The translations under genes were made by a program, and so were the position numbers. Shown here one piece after another: positions 39,463 to 51,056 of a DNA stretch of 64,000 nucleotides. Source of the DNA: Octopus bimaculoides (Eukaryota); assembly GCF_001194135.2 (NCBI RefSeq), contig NC_068985.1:1239458-1303457 (forward strand), given 5' to 3'. How positions within the stretch are numbered: the first letter of the stretch is position 1; the number at the start of each line of letters is the position of its first letter. The notes beneath the pieces were generated by a model. The model was not told where the DNA came from, ran no database searches, and worked only from the letters and a program-made list of their open reading frames with translations.

Positions 39463-39567
39463 AATAATATTCTTGTTTGGGAATGATAAGTTTGTACTCT
39501 ACAAAAGTTTAGAGTAAGCCATCAGATTAATGTAAAATCGTTTTTATTATAACATCTTATTGCATGA

Positions 39568-39613
<46 letters not shown>

Positions 39614-40204
39614 TAGAGAATCACTTTTAGCCCCAGATCAGTCCAAATTAGGCAGATCAGTGATCACACGCTATAAGTGTCCTTTCTTTTGCTTTTTTCA
39701 TATATTTACAACAATGATAATCAATATATCTTTCCATTTGTAAAATGTTGGTGGGGGTGATTTAAAGGTATTTGGCTGCTATTTTTTGTAAGTGAAGCAA
39801 TCACTTCTTGACACTATATTATTGCAATCTTTTAGATTGTTTTTATTGTGTATGTGTGATCAGAGAAAATAATGACGTGTAACCTAGGCATATTTCAGTG
39901 TGAGTGTCTGTGTGTGCATGTGTGTGTGTGTGTGTGTGTGCATGTGTGTGTCTGTGTGTGCATGTGTGTGTGTGTGTGTGCATGCACGCACGCACACATG
40001 TATGCTCGTGTTAGATGTGTGAGAATATTAAAGCTGTCTTGTCAATGTCTGTTGGCATCAGATTACTCTTTTCTAAGACAGATTGACAATTAAGATGAGG
40101 AGGAAACGTCTAAGTAATTTGACCCCAGTATATAATAAGATAAGCACAAACATGTAGAAATATTGAGGAGCAAAATTTGCATGCATCACCGGATAGATGG
40201 ACAA

Positions 40205-40828
40205 ATCATCTTCATCATCATCGTTTATTGTCCACTTTCCATGCTGGCATGGGTTGGACAGTTCAACTGGGGTCAGGGAAGCCAGGAGGCTGCACCAGCC
40301 TCCAATCTGATCTGGCAGTGTTTCTATTGCTGGATGCCTTTCCTATCACCAACCACTCCAAGAGTGTAGTGGGTGCTTTTTACATGTCACTGACTCAGGG
40401 GCCAGAGAGGGCTGGCAACAACCACGATTGGTTGGTGCTTTTTACGTGCCACTGGCACAGAAGCCAGTCAAGGCGGCGCTGGCATCGGCCACATTCGGAT
40501 GGTGCTTTTTACATGCCACTGGCACGGGGATCACAACTACAATTTCCATTTGATTTTGATGTACTTGACTCAATAGGTCTCCTCAAGCGTGGCATGTCGC
40601 CCTACAATCCAAGATGCTTTTCAGTGGGTCGGTTATGCGACACTGGTGTAAGATACAGCCATGAACTCACTTTATTTGCCAGGTCTTTGCAGTCACAGCA
40701 TATCTCCAGAGGTCTTGGTCTTCTGTCATTGTCTCTGTGAGGCCCAATGTTCGAAGGTCATGCTTCACCACCTCACCCCATGTCTTCTTGGGTCTCCCTC
40801 TACCCCGGATTCCTTCCACTGTTTGGGA
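40205..40828 (-). mobile_element. RTE LINE 5'-truncated copy (ORF2 end plus 3' UTR), second subfamily
   Basis: CHSQTVEGIRGRGRPKKTWGEVVKHDLRTLGLTETMTEDQDLWRYAVTAKTWQIK*, then UTR units and (GAT)n tail. Confidence 0.9.
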
Positions 40829-41049
40829 GTGGCACTCTCTATATTAATTTATTACTAACTGTTGCTCTCACACACACACACACACACACATGCTTTCTCT
40901 CTCCCTCTGTTTTATAGGGGGAGAAGAAAAAAGTTAAATTGCTTAAGAGCCAGCTCAAAGCAATTTGGAATTTGGAAATTAAAGAGAGAAAACATAAGAC
41001 AGCAGCATTCATGTTGTCTTTCATTTGATATTTTAGTACCAACATTTTT

Positions 41050-41212
41050 ACTAGCTGAGTGGACTGGAGCAAAGTGAAAGAAAGTGTCTTGCTCAAGAAC
41101 ACAATGCATCACCGGGAATCAAACTCATGACCTTATGATCATGCATCAAATGCCCTAACCACTAAGCCATGCGGCTGTGGCTGGGAAGCAAACTTCCTAC
41201 CACACAGCCAGA
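41050..41212 (-). mobile_element. Adjacent SINE heads (family B 41050-41170; family A 41172-41212)
   Basis: gtgtcttgctcaagaacacaatg...gggaatcaaactc...ctaaccactaagccatgc and gcaaacttcctaccacacagcca. Confidence 0.7.
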
Positions 41213-42484
41213 CTTGTGCCTATATGTACACCTAGGTGGACCAGGGCAACTAAATTCCAAATTATAACTTCTTGTTGAAAGCCTAATGAGATGCTTATGG
41301 TAGGGTAAACACCACAAAACTCTCAACTGGTTGTATGCAATCCATTCATTTGTTTGCACATCTCTAGACTTATATATAGCAGTAATAAAATGAAAACCTG
41401 AAGGAAATACAGCAAAAACAACAAAAAGAAAAAGAAAAAAAGGAACGAAAATGAATTAATAAAATTTCATTGAAAAATGTTATCTGATTTAAGTTTCAGC
41501 CGAGGCACAATAACTGTGCTTTTAACTCCACATTAGACAAACTGTTCTCATAAAAGTAATTATTTCTTCTGTAAATATTTCAAAATGTGGTTTTCATTCA
41601 AGAATTATCGCAACTCAGCAATATGAATTAATGTGCTTCTGAGTGTGTATGTGTATGTGAGCAGGACATTTACTTTTGAATATAGCTATACGCACACAAA
41701 CACACACACAAATATATGCATGTATATATATGTATGTATACATTTATACAGACATACACACAAATATAAGAACATACATACTTACAAACATAGAATACAT
41801 ACATACATACATACATACATACATACATACATACATACATTTATACATACATTTATACATACATACATGCATATATCAGAAAATATATTAGATGTGTTAT
41901 GTATTTATTTCAAAATATTACTTGATTTTATTTTCAAGTGTCCCTGCATTTTAATTGTACTTTTGTGTGTGTGTGTGTGTCTGTGTGCGTGCGTGTGTGT
42001 GTGAGTGCGTGTGTGTGTGTGCGTGTGTGTGTGCGTGTGAGTGAGTGCCTGTGTGTATGCATGTGTAATTGAATTATTGCTGAGTTTTTTAAATATTTTT
42101 ATTAAATGTTAAACCATTTTGCTTAATCATTTTGCTCTCTCTTTAAATATACAGACACATATACAAACACATGCACACACACACACACACACATTATCAT
42201 CATCATCAGCAGCAGCAGAAGCAGCATATCGCTAACAGTTCACTTCCCAAGCTGGCATGGATTGGAGAATTCCACAGGATCCATCAATGCTGCTTTGTTC
42301 CAGTGTCTCACTTCATGCATGTGTTTTACAGATAAGTGCCCTTCCTTGTGCCAACTATTTTATAGAAGGTACCGAATGCTTTTCTTATGCATAAGCACCA
42401 GTGAGGCCACTTTCTGTCTTGCAACATTGCAAGCGTCCTTACGACAGAAGAAGTGATTTGAGTGAGTTGTTCAGAAGTTAAAGT

Positions 42485-42703
42485 TCAGAAGTCAAAGAAC
42501 AGTCAACAGAATTTTACGGGGCAGGGATACACACTCTCATTCGAAGGTGGAACATTGCTATTGAGAGAAACGGTGACTATGTTGAGAAGTAAGGATGTGA
42601 TCCACAGAGGACCAGCTTCATTTTGATGTATGATACATGTTCCTGTGTTGGTAATTATACCTGTCCTAAACAAAATGGCATTACTTTTTGACTCACCTGC
42701 ATA
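42485..42703 (+). mobile_element. Mariner 3' end fragment
   Basis: EQSTEFYGAGIHTLIRRWNIAIERNGDYVEK* (stop 42590-42592), then TIR-like ttactttttgactcacctgcaTA. Confidence 0.85.
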
Positions 42704-44779
42704 TAACAGGAGAAATAAGTTTATTGTGATGAGAGGGTGTTTGTGTGAGAACTTACAGAGACGGTGTTGTTGGGGTGGGGTGGAGAAGAAAAGGGAAAGG
42801 GAAAGAGTAGCATGAATGTTTAAAGAGAGTAAGATGTGGTGGGCGGAGTAAGGAGGAGAGTAGGAGGTGTTGAGGGCTATGCATGTTTTATAGGTGAAGG
42901 GCAAGTGAAATGCTGACAGGAAGAGAAATTGAGATGATTGTAATGAAGAGATAGAGAGAACCTTCGGGTTAACATAACCAATAATGTGAATAGAAGAGAA
43001 TGTGGTGACAAAATAATGAGGAAGACTGATTAAAGCTTGCAGGAGTGAGACAAAGAGAGTAGGGGGGGGGGGAAGAAGTACTTAAATAGGTGAGAAGAGA
43101 GTCAAAGGTGAATAAGTATGCAGAGGTCAATGGTAAAAAGGAGAAATGGAAAACTGTTGGAAGAGGCTTGGGGTAAAGGGAGTTATGGCTGGCTATACAG
43201 AAAGGCAGCTCATATATAATAATGTGTTCTTTGAAAAGTTTAGGTATCATTCTTCAAGGGGAACTACATCCATAGAATTATTCAGTTTTGAACATCCCAA
43301 TTCTTTCAAATAAGCAGTATTTCAAGAATTTTCAGTTTAAGAAAACAGAACATCTTATTTATAGAACAAAACGACATTCTCTTATATCCTTGAGTTTGGA
43401 TATAGATTACACTGTAATAGTGTCAGAACACAACAAAAACTAAATCTGTAACAAAGACATAACAAACTTTTATCTCTTCTCAACGACTTCTGTGACTGCC
43501 TTCACAAATGCGACTGCACACGCCACACTGTATGTCACACTGTCAGTATGCATGCACCTTTATAAGACTTAGGACAGTTCACTTGCTATCCCACAGGGAT
43601 GTCAGGATTTCACCACAACACATTCTGATTTTTTTCTCATGAGAATATTGCTGGACAATCTTGATTGCATGGATTTGAATCTAGAACAAATTCTCCATTA
43701 ATTAAGGATTTTGAACCTTTTGAAATGGACCTTTTTGAAATAATAAGTTAAATAAGATAACAGAAACTGAACAATAGTTTCCAAGGTCTCTCAGAAATGT
43801 TTAAAGTTTCTGTGGAATTCTAATGAAATAACACAACTGATTGTAATAAAAAGGTGGAACAAACTTTACACAACAAGGTGAATCTAGAAGCAAGATAATT
43901 GTTGCCTACCTAAATGTTGTGCTAAGAATGATATATCTTCTTCTGGGCAAACTTTTAAGGGCCAGAAAGTTTAATTTTTAGTGCAACTTTAAATGTAGGT
44001 TTGTAAAAACCAGACTAAAAACAAAAGTATCCAAAAAATTCAAAGTTATATTAAAAGAAGTAAAGCATATAAAACAGTGAGAAGAAGCAATGCTAATGGC
44101 AGATACAAAGCAAATTGGTCGATGTCAAAAGTTTTGATATGAGAAATTCCAAAATTTTAGATTTATGGTCCAAGGCTGATTTACCTGGAAAAAAGATAAA
44201 ATATCTGTCCCTTAAGAGCAGTTATTTATAGATAACTGTACAGATATGTATACATACGCATATGCTGACATACAGACAGGCAGACAGAGAGGTAAGTGAT
44301 AGGCAGATTTCATTCTGTTGCTGGCTTCAGTCATTGGACTGTGTCCATGTTGAGGAACTGCTGTCAAGGATTTAAGGAATCATATCAAAGCCAGTATTTA
44401 TTTTTACACGTTGCACTTATTTTATCATATTCTGTTTGTTGAGCTACTCAGCTACATGACAAAAATGTAAAAGATACACATGCATTTTTGTATGTAGGAT
44501 ATATGTATGTATGTATGTATGTATGTACATACGTATGTAAGTAGGTAGGTAGGTAGGTAGGTAGGTAGGTAGGCAAATAGGTAGGTAGGTAGGTCAGTTG
44601 GCAGATACATAGGTATACACACATTGTGGGATTCAGAACAATTTCCCTCCACCAAAATTCACTTGCAAGACATTATTTGGCATGAAATTATATTGGAGGC
44701 ATTTGCTCAAGATACCACAAAGTCTGAGTGAAGCCTTAAGCCACATGGTTGCAAGCTAAACTTCTCAACGACATGTGTG

Positions 44780-44829
<50 letters not shown>

Positions 44830-45091
44830 CACACACATACACAGATATGACCAAATACCTACACATATACATGTGAGTGCTTCTTGTTTTGCATAAACAT
44901 ATTCACACAGCTATAACAGATACAAGAGTAGAAAATAAAGAGAACAATTCAAAGCATAATGAGAGAATATTCCAAACCTATTCAACTCCTTTTACAAATA
45001 TTAATATGCAGAAACAGGAGAACATACACACACATTGGCATTGACAAAGAAACTCAGAGACGCAAACATTTCAATTCATTCATATATATAC

Positions 45092-45145
<54 letters not shown>

Positions 45146-45194
45146 CTATATATATATGTATGTATATATCTATATATATATGTATGTATGTATG

Positions 45195-45226
<32 letters not shown>

Positions 45227-45949
45227 AATGTTTGTTTGCGTGTATGTATAAATAGCATTCTACATATTATACCTCCGAGCAGGCAAATTTCGGAAGAATG
45301 ATTTATTTTTCAAATTTAGTTAATTCTGCTTCATGATTTGGGTAGAATTTGGACAAAGAATTTCTGCTGTTTTTTCTATTCTATTCTAAGTTAAAATTGT
45401 TTAATTCACCTGCTTGTTATGGTTGACGTTATCATAGTTTGATTTTATGTTTGTCATAAATATAAAATAAAAGAAATCATTATAATTTGTATTGACATCA
45501 AGCACTGGAGTGGCAGAAAATGGCAGTGTGATAAACAAAACACCTTTTTTCTTTATTGCTTATAACATGCAATGTACACAATAACGTTGTTGGTTCTAGG
45601 TTTCCATCAGGCCAATGATTGGTTCATTTAATTTCTAGTGGTGAGAATAACAAAGGAATGTCGGTGTAATTCTGGAATAAAAAGTACCAGAGGCTGTTTT
45701 CGTTCAATGCAGTGTTTTATCAGCAACTTGTCCCAGATGTGTACACCTTTTACCAACATACTGTCAACACTCATTTATGACAAACTTCGACATAGTTTCC
45801 TTCTGCCATATTTTACTCATATGACAGTGGTCAACCAAAAAGTATGTTAAAAATGCTTGCTGAAAGCACACTGGAATCGAATTGAGAAACAGGGAATAGA
45901 AAAACAAACTTTTGTATTCCATTTCCACTGCAGTCGATTTGTGCCTTTC

Positions 45950-46792
45950 ATGGTTTTACAGTCAATCAAAATAATCTTTCCACTCTGGGAGAGATTGATG
46001 AGTGCTACTTCTTTTTCCTCTGATTCACCTATATGAAATCATATTAGTTTCAATTTTTTGGCAGAAGGCCAGCAATTTTTTTTGGCAGGATGGATAAGTT
46101 GATTGCATCAACGCCAGTGAATTACTGGTACATGCTTCATCAATCTTGAAAAGTTCAAGCGTTTTGACAAACAAGGTCAATATGTTCAATCTTGATATCA
46201 AAAAGCAATTATCTACAGTCATTTTATTTATGAGTAATTGATCTTTGCACCCATAAGAATTTCTTTTACAGCCTTTTTGAGCCGGTAGAAGGATATATCT
46301 CTGTTCAAGGAAAGAGTATATTCTGTCAGTAAATATAGATGTGAAGATCTTGTAGGTGGTGTTGTGACATATTTTCAGTCAGTAGGTCTTTGAAATTTTT
46401 GTGTCTTCAGTTTTTGGTAGAAGGTATGTTGTTCCTTTGGTCAGCCAGACAGGTATTTGCTCTGGGTTTTGGATGACATCAGTCACAGATGCAGCAAAAT
46501 TTTGGTGTACTTCTGTCAGACAATTTAGCCAGAAGTTAGAAATTCGGTCCAGTCCTGGGGTTTTCCATTTGTGAGACTTCCTAAGAACACACCTTAGCTC
46601 TTCTATTCTTATTGCCTTCCTTTCTGCTCTTCAGCTTCAGCCAGTCTCACTTTCTCACGCTCTATTGAGTCTGCTTTATCGTTATATTCGTTTTTGTTGT
46701 TCCATATCTTCTTCCAGAACTCTTTCATTTCCTCAGTCTTAGGTGGCTCCTTTACTTCTATCTTATTTTTGCCAATTTCCCTATAAAATTTC

Positions 46793-46794
<2 letters not shown>
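45950..46794 (-). mobile_element. R4/Dong-clade non-LTR retrotransposon RT relic
   Basis: KKFYREIGKNKIEVKEPPK, HKWKTPGLDRISNFWL and KRNSYGCKDQLLI with stops and frameshifts. Confidence 0.85.

Positions 46795-46850
<56 letters not shown>
46795..46850. repeat. (TTA)n microsatellite abutting the 5'-truncated end of the Dong relic
   Basis: Directly visible. Confidence 0.95.
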
Positions 46851-46853
<3 letters not shown>

Positions 46854-48275
46854 TTTTACAACAATCAAATCAACTAAATCCAATAATGGAAAAATGTTTC
46901 AAATCAGTCCAAAAATATTTCTATGCTCGTTTGTTTTGTTGAATAAGTTTTCTTTTAGGATATTCACAGCGTTTTCATTACCCTACCATAATTTTGGGGG
47001 AGCACTTACAATCCCAGCACCTACTTTTCCTTAGCATCATGATACCTAAGTCTGGTTTTGAAGCATTTATTTGTCTGACGGCAGAAGGGTTGTTATTGAG
47101 GCTAGATTTATGATCCATAGTTTTGATATGTATTTTTGCGTTAAGATATCTACTCTATCTTCAATTCTTAGGTCAGTGGCTATTGAATATCCTTCAGTCT
47201 AATGTTAAATTGTTTTTAGACATGTGACTTAAGATAGAAATTAGCATTAATGGAATAGCTTTTGAGACATGAGTACTTCCTTTGCTAGCATTAATTGAAC
47301 CCACCCCACCAAAGAAGGATGCAACAACGACCTTCAAACTTGTCTCTGAATATTGATAGCAACCAAGAAACATTTCCTGAAAATAGTGCAGCAAAAGAAA
47401 AAGAAAGTTTCATCTGGAGACTAAGATGGGAAATTTACTGCCACAAACGCTACAAACATGATGAATATCCATGGATTGAAAGCAGTTGAATGTCCACTCT
47501 CTAATCCATTACAACAATCGTTAGAAGATGAACCATTCGCAATGATCAAGGAAATGAGATCAAACAAGTGAACGAACACAGTGCAGAAATAGCTGAAGCA
47601 GAAAATTGACAACAAAAAAAGAAGCACAAATTTGTTTGGAAAATTGAACAAGACAAGCGTTATCTACCAGATGATTCAAGCTTCTTACAATTGTTTTCCT
47701 TCTAACACAACCTCTAATACATACAAAAACAAAAGCAAAATGTATGTCTTTAAATTACTTAAATGCTACAGCCAAAAATATAGCCATGAAATTAAAAATT
47801 TCAGATAGCAGCTAACTTAACACACAAATGCCAATACACCAATACTGAGACTCATAAATCCAACTTCCAGAACAATTCTACCAACAAATTATTAAACAAC
47901 CAGACTTGGGCATCATTAACAAGGAAAATCATCTATTTATGCCAAAAATAGAAGAGTACTCAATATTACCAACCGTTCCTTGAGTATAAAAAGAAATGTC
48001 ATGATCTGAATTTGGCATTGATTTACACTTTTACTTCCATGCGTCACCGAACCCCAAACAGTAATAAAATTCCTATAACAAACCAAAATAAATTTCCTCA
48101 CTATTACTTTCTATCGACCCACATACTACAAAAACATATGCTTCCCTTCGATCCTCCAGTCTTCTTCCTCTTCAATTACTATCTGCAACCCCACCTAATT
48201 ACATTTGGGTGCACCTCCACTACTCCTAAAAATACAACTTGGCAGTGTCTATATAAAAGCAAAAACGAAGTCAAG

Positions 48276-48320
48276 CACAGTCTGATGAAGCCAAGCAAGC
48301 CAAAATTCAAAGACACTGTC
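48276..48320 (+). ncRNA. Degenerate hammerhead relic of the same family, probably the end of a Penelope-like remnant (about 47850-48325)
   Basis: CACAGT-CTGATGA-AGCCAAGCAAGC-CAAAA-TTCAAA-GAC-ACTGTC. Stem I ACAGT/ACTGT and the loop III sequence match 39416-39462. Confidence 0.55.
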
Positions 48321-48591
48321 AAACTTTTCTTTGTAATATCATCATCATCATGATCGTTTAACTCTTTGACTCTGCCCCCAAGAGATGAAGAGCTACATTC
48401 GTCTTCGGCTTTGGAGTCTGACGAGCTGTCCATGAAACTAAGCCCTTTGTGGATGTGAAACCATTGGTCACTCTTTGCCCGACCATAGACTTTAGTACAT
48501 AGAAATAAAAATATATATATAACATTATACTATATTATATTATATTATATTATATTATATTATATTATATTGTATTGTAATATATTATATT

Positions 48592-49956
48592 GTAAAACCT
48601 CTTCAGTTAGATGGCCCTGCTCAATCTGTAGAAAAGGCATAGGTAGAAACTCTATAAGATGTACCCAGTGTAAGCTATGCACACATAGGAAGTACAGCAA
48701 TATCAAAGGAAGGCTAACTGGGAAGATGGTTTTTGTGTGTGGCAAATACTTGGGGGCAATAAACACTGAAAATGTGCAGAAAACAGCTTCCATCACATGC
48801 CAGGAGAGAAAAACTAGAAGTAATTGATGACTTCTATTACCTAGGTGACCAAGTCAGTAGCAGGGGAAGGTGCGCTGAGAGTGTAGCCGCTAGAATAAGA
48901 ATAGCCTGGGCAAAGTTCAGAGAGCTCCTACCTCTGCTGGTAACAAAAGGACTCTCACTCAGAGTAAAAGGCAGACTGTATGACGCATGTGTGCGAACAG
49001 CTATGCTACATGGCAGTGAAACATGGGCTGAAGACATGTGTAAGCTCGCAAGGAATGAAGCCAGTATGCTCCGCTGGATGTGTAATGTCAGTGTGCATAC
49101 TTGACAGAGTGTAAGTACCTTGAGAAAAAAGTTGGACCTAAGAAGCATCAGTTGTGGTGTGCAAGAGAAACGATTGCGCTGGTATGGTCATGTGGCAAGA
49201 ATGGATGAGGATAGCTGTGTGAACAAGTGCCACAGCCTAGCGGTTGAGGGAACCTGGGGAAGAGGTAGACACAGGAAAACCTGGGATGAGGTGGTGAAGC
49301 ACGACCTTCAAACATTAGGCCTCACCGAGGCAATAACTAGTGACCAAGACCTTTGGAAATATGCTGTGCATGAGAAGACCTGGCAAGCCAAGTGAGACCA
49401 TAATCCATGGCCTTTGCCAGGGGTGTAGCCAGCCCCCTTATGCGTACCTTTCCTTCATTGGACACTAAACTCTACTTGTGAAGACCTGTAGGGGCTAGTG
49501 AAATCAAAATCGTAATTGCACCAAATTCGATGACTGGCACCTGTACCAGGGGAGTACTAACAGCACCGTCTGAATGTGATCACTGCCAGAGCAGCTGTCT
49601 GGCTTCTGTGCCGGTGGCTTGTAAATAACACCATTTGAGCGTGATCGTTACCAGCGTCGCATTGCTGGTCGTTGCCAGTGCCGCTGGTCTGTCTCCCATG
49701 CAGGTGGCACATAAAAAACACCATTTTGAGCATGGCTGTTGCCAGTACCACGTGACTGGCCCTTGTGCCAGTGACACGTAAAAGCACCCACTACACTCAC
49801 TGAGTGGTTGGCGTTAGGAAGGGCATCCAGCTGTAGAAACTCTGCCAAATCAGATTGGAGCCTGGTGTAGCCATCTGGTTTCACCAGTCCTCAGTCAAAT
49901 CGTCCAACCCATGCCAGCATGGAAAGCAGACGCTAAACGATGATGCTGATGATGAT
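48592..49956 (+). mobile_element. RTE LINE, 5'-truncated 1.36 kb (PHD-like finger, RT thumb, C-terminus, 3' UTR, (GAT)n tail); inactive
   Basis: WPCSICRKG...CTQCKLCTHRK, DFYYLG, AWAKFRELLPLL, LHGSETW, RLRWYGHVARM, GRGRHRKTW. One frameshift and one stop. Candidate TSD tgtattgta at 48571-48579 and 49956-49964. Confidence 0.95.
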
Positions 49957-51021
49957 GTATTGTATTTTATACACTTTGTTGCTAAGATTTTCAAACCCCA
50001 AATTGTCATAGTGTCTATTTATCTCACAATGGACTGGAAATCATATTAGGTATTTAGTTCAGTTCTTGTTTTATTGCATGAACCTTCACCCCTTTAAGGA
50101 TAAGAGTGGAGCTGGAATTTAAACAAAAACTGTTTTAATCATAGCAATATTACCGATTTTAAGCTAGAGAAGGATCTAGATAGATTGTAGTGATGAAGTG
50201 CACAATACAACAGCTCATGCAATTCATTTTGAACTGTTGATGTTGAGTCAGTAAAACGTATATAACAGTTATATCGAAAAGAACGTAATATTTGTGCCAC
50301 TACTTAAAAAAAAAGCAAACACATTCTACTTCCACAATCGGCAGCCAAATGCTTCGAAGTATTAATATTTGGAAGTAGTTTCAGAAGAGATAGATAGCAA
50401 TCATATTTCATTGAACCCTATTTTTATTTTAGAACAAGAACTAAAAGAGATGTTGATTAGATAACAGAAATTTAGGAAGTAAAAAGTAGAAAGAGCGGAT
50501 AAGATAAATTGTAGTAGTGGTGGTAGTGGTGGTAGTGGTTGAAGAAGAGAGGAGAAGTGGAGGCTGAGGTGGCGGCAGTGGTGGTGGTGGAGGTGGAGAA
50601 AGATAAATCGGAGAAGGAGAGATATTGAATAACAACAAAGCTGACCTGCAGGAATTGCAGATAAGAGGCACTAAAATTGTAGTTTTTCTGCGAATTTGGA
50701 AATAGGAAGAGTTATATATATATATACATATGTACAAGCACACGCATATCTTTGTGTGCATATGTATGTGTTTATATATATATATATATATATANNNNNN
50801 NNNNNNNNNNNNNNNNNNNNNNNNNNNNNNNNNNNNNNNNNNNNNNNNNNNNNNNNNNNNNNNNNNNNNNNNNNNNNNNNNNNNNNNNNNNNNNNNNNNN
50901 NNNNNNNNNNNNNNNNNNNNNNNNNNNNNNNNNNNNNNNNNNNNNNNNNNNNNNNNNNNNNNNNNNNNNNNNNNNNNNNNNNNNNNNNNNNNNNNNNNNN
51001 NNNNNNNNNNNNNNNNNNNNN

Positions 51022-51056
<35 letters not shown>

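Larger units (their letters stand above)
39341..39555. repeat. Right arm of large inverted repeat containing a 117-bp palindrome (39361-39477)
   Basis: 58-bp arms 39361-39418 and 39420-39477 around a single A at 39419, about 9 mismatches. Confidence 0.9.

Noticed and set aside
49540-49790. CRISPR-like appearance of palindromic repeats with variable intervening sequence
   Set aside because: Eukaryotic context, no cas genes; the intervening sequences are homologous to each other and the array is the RTE 3' UTR.
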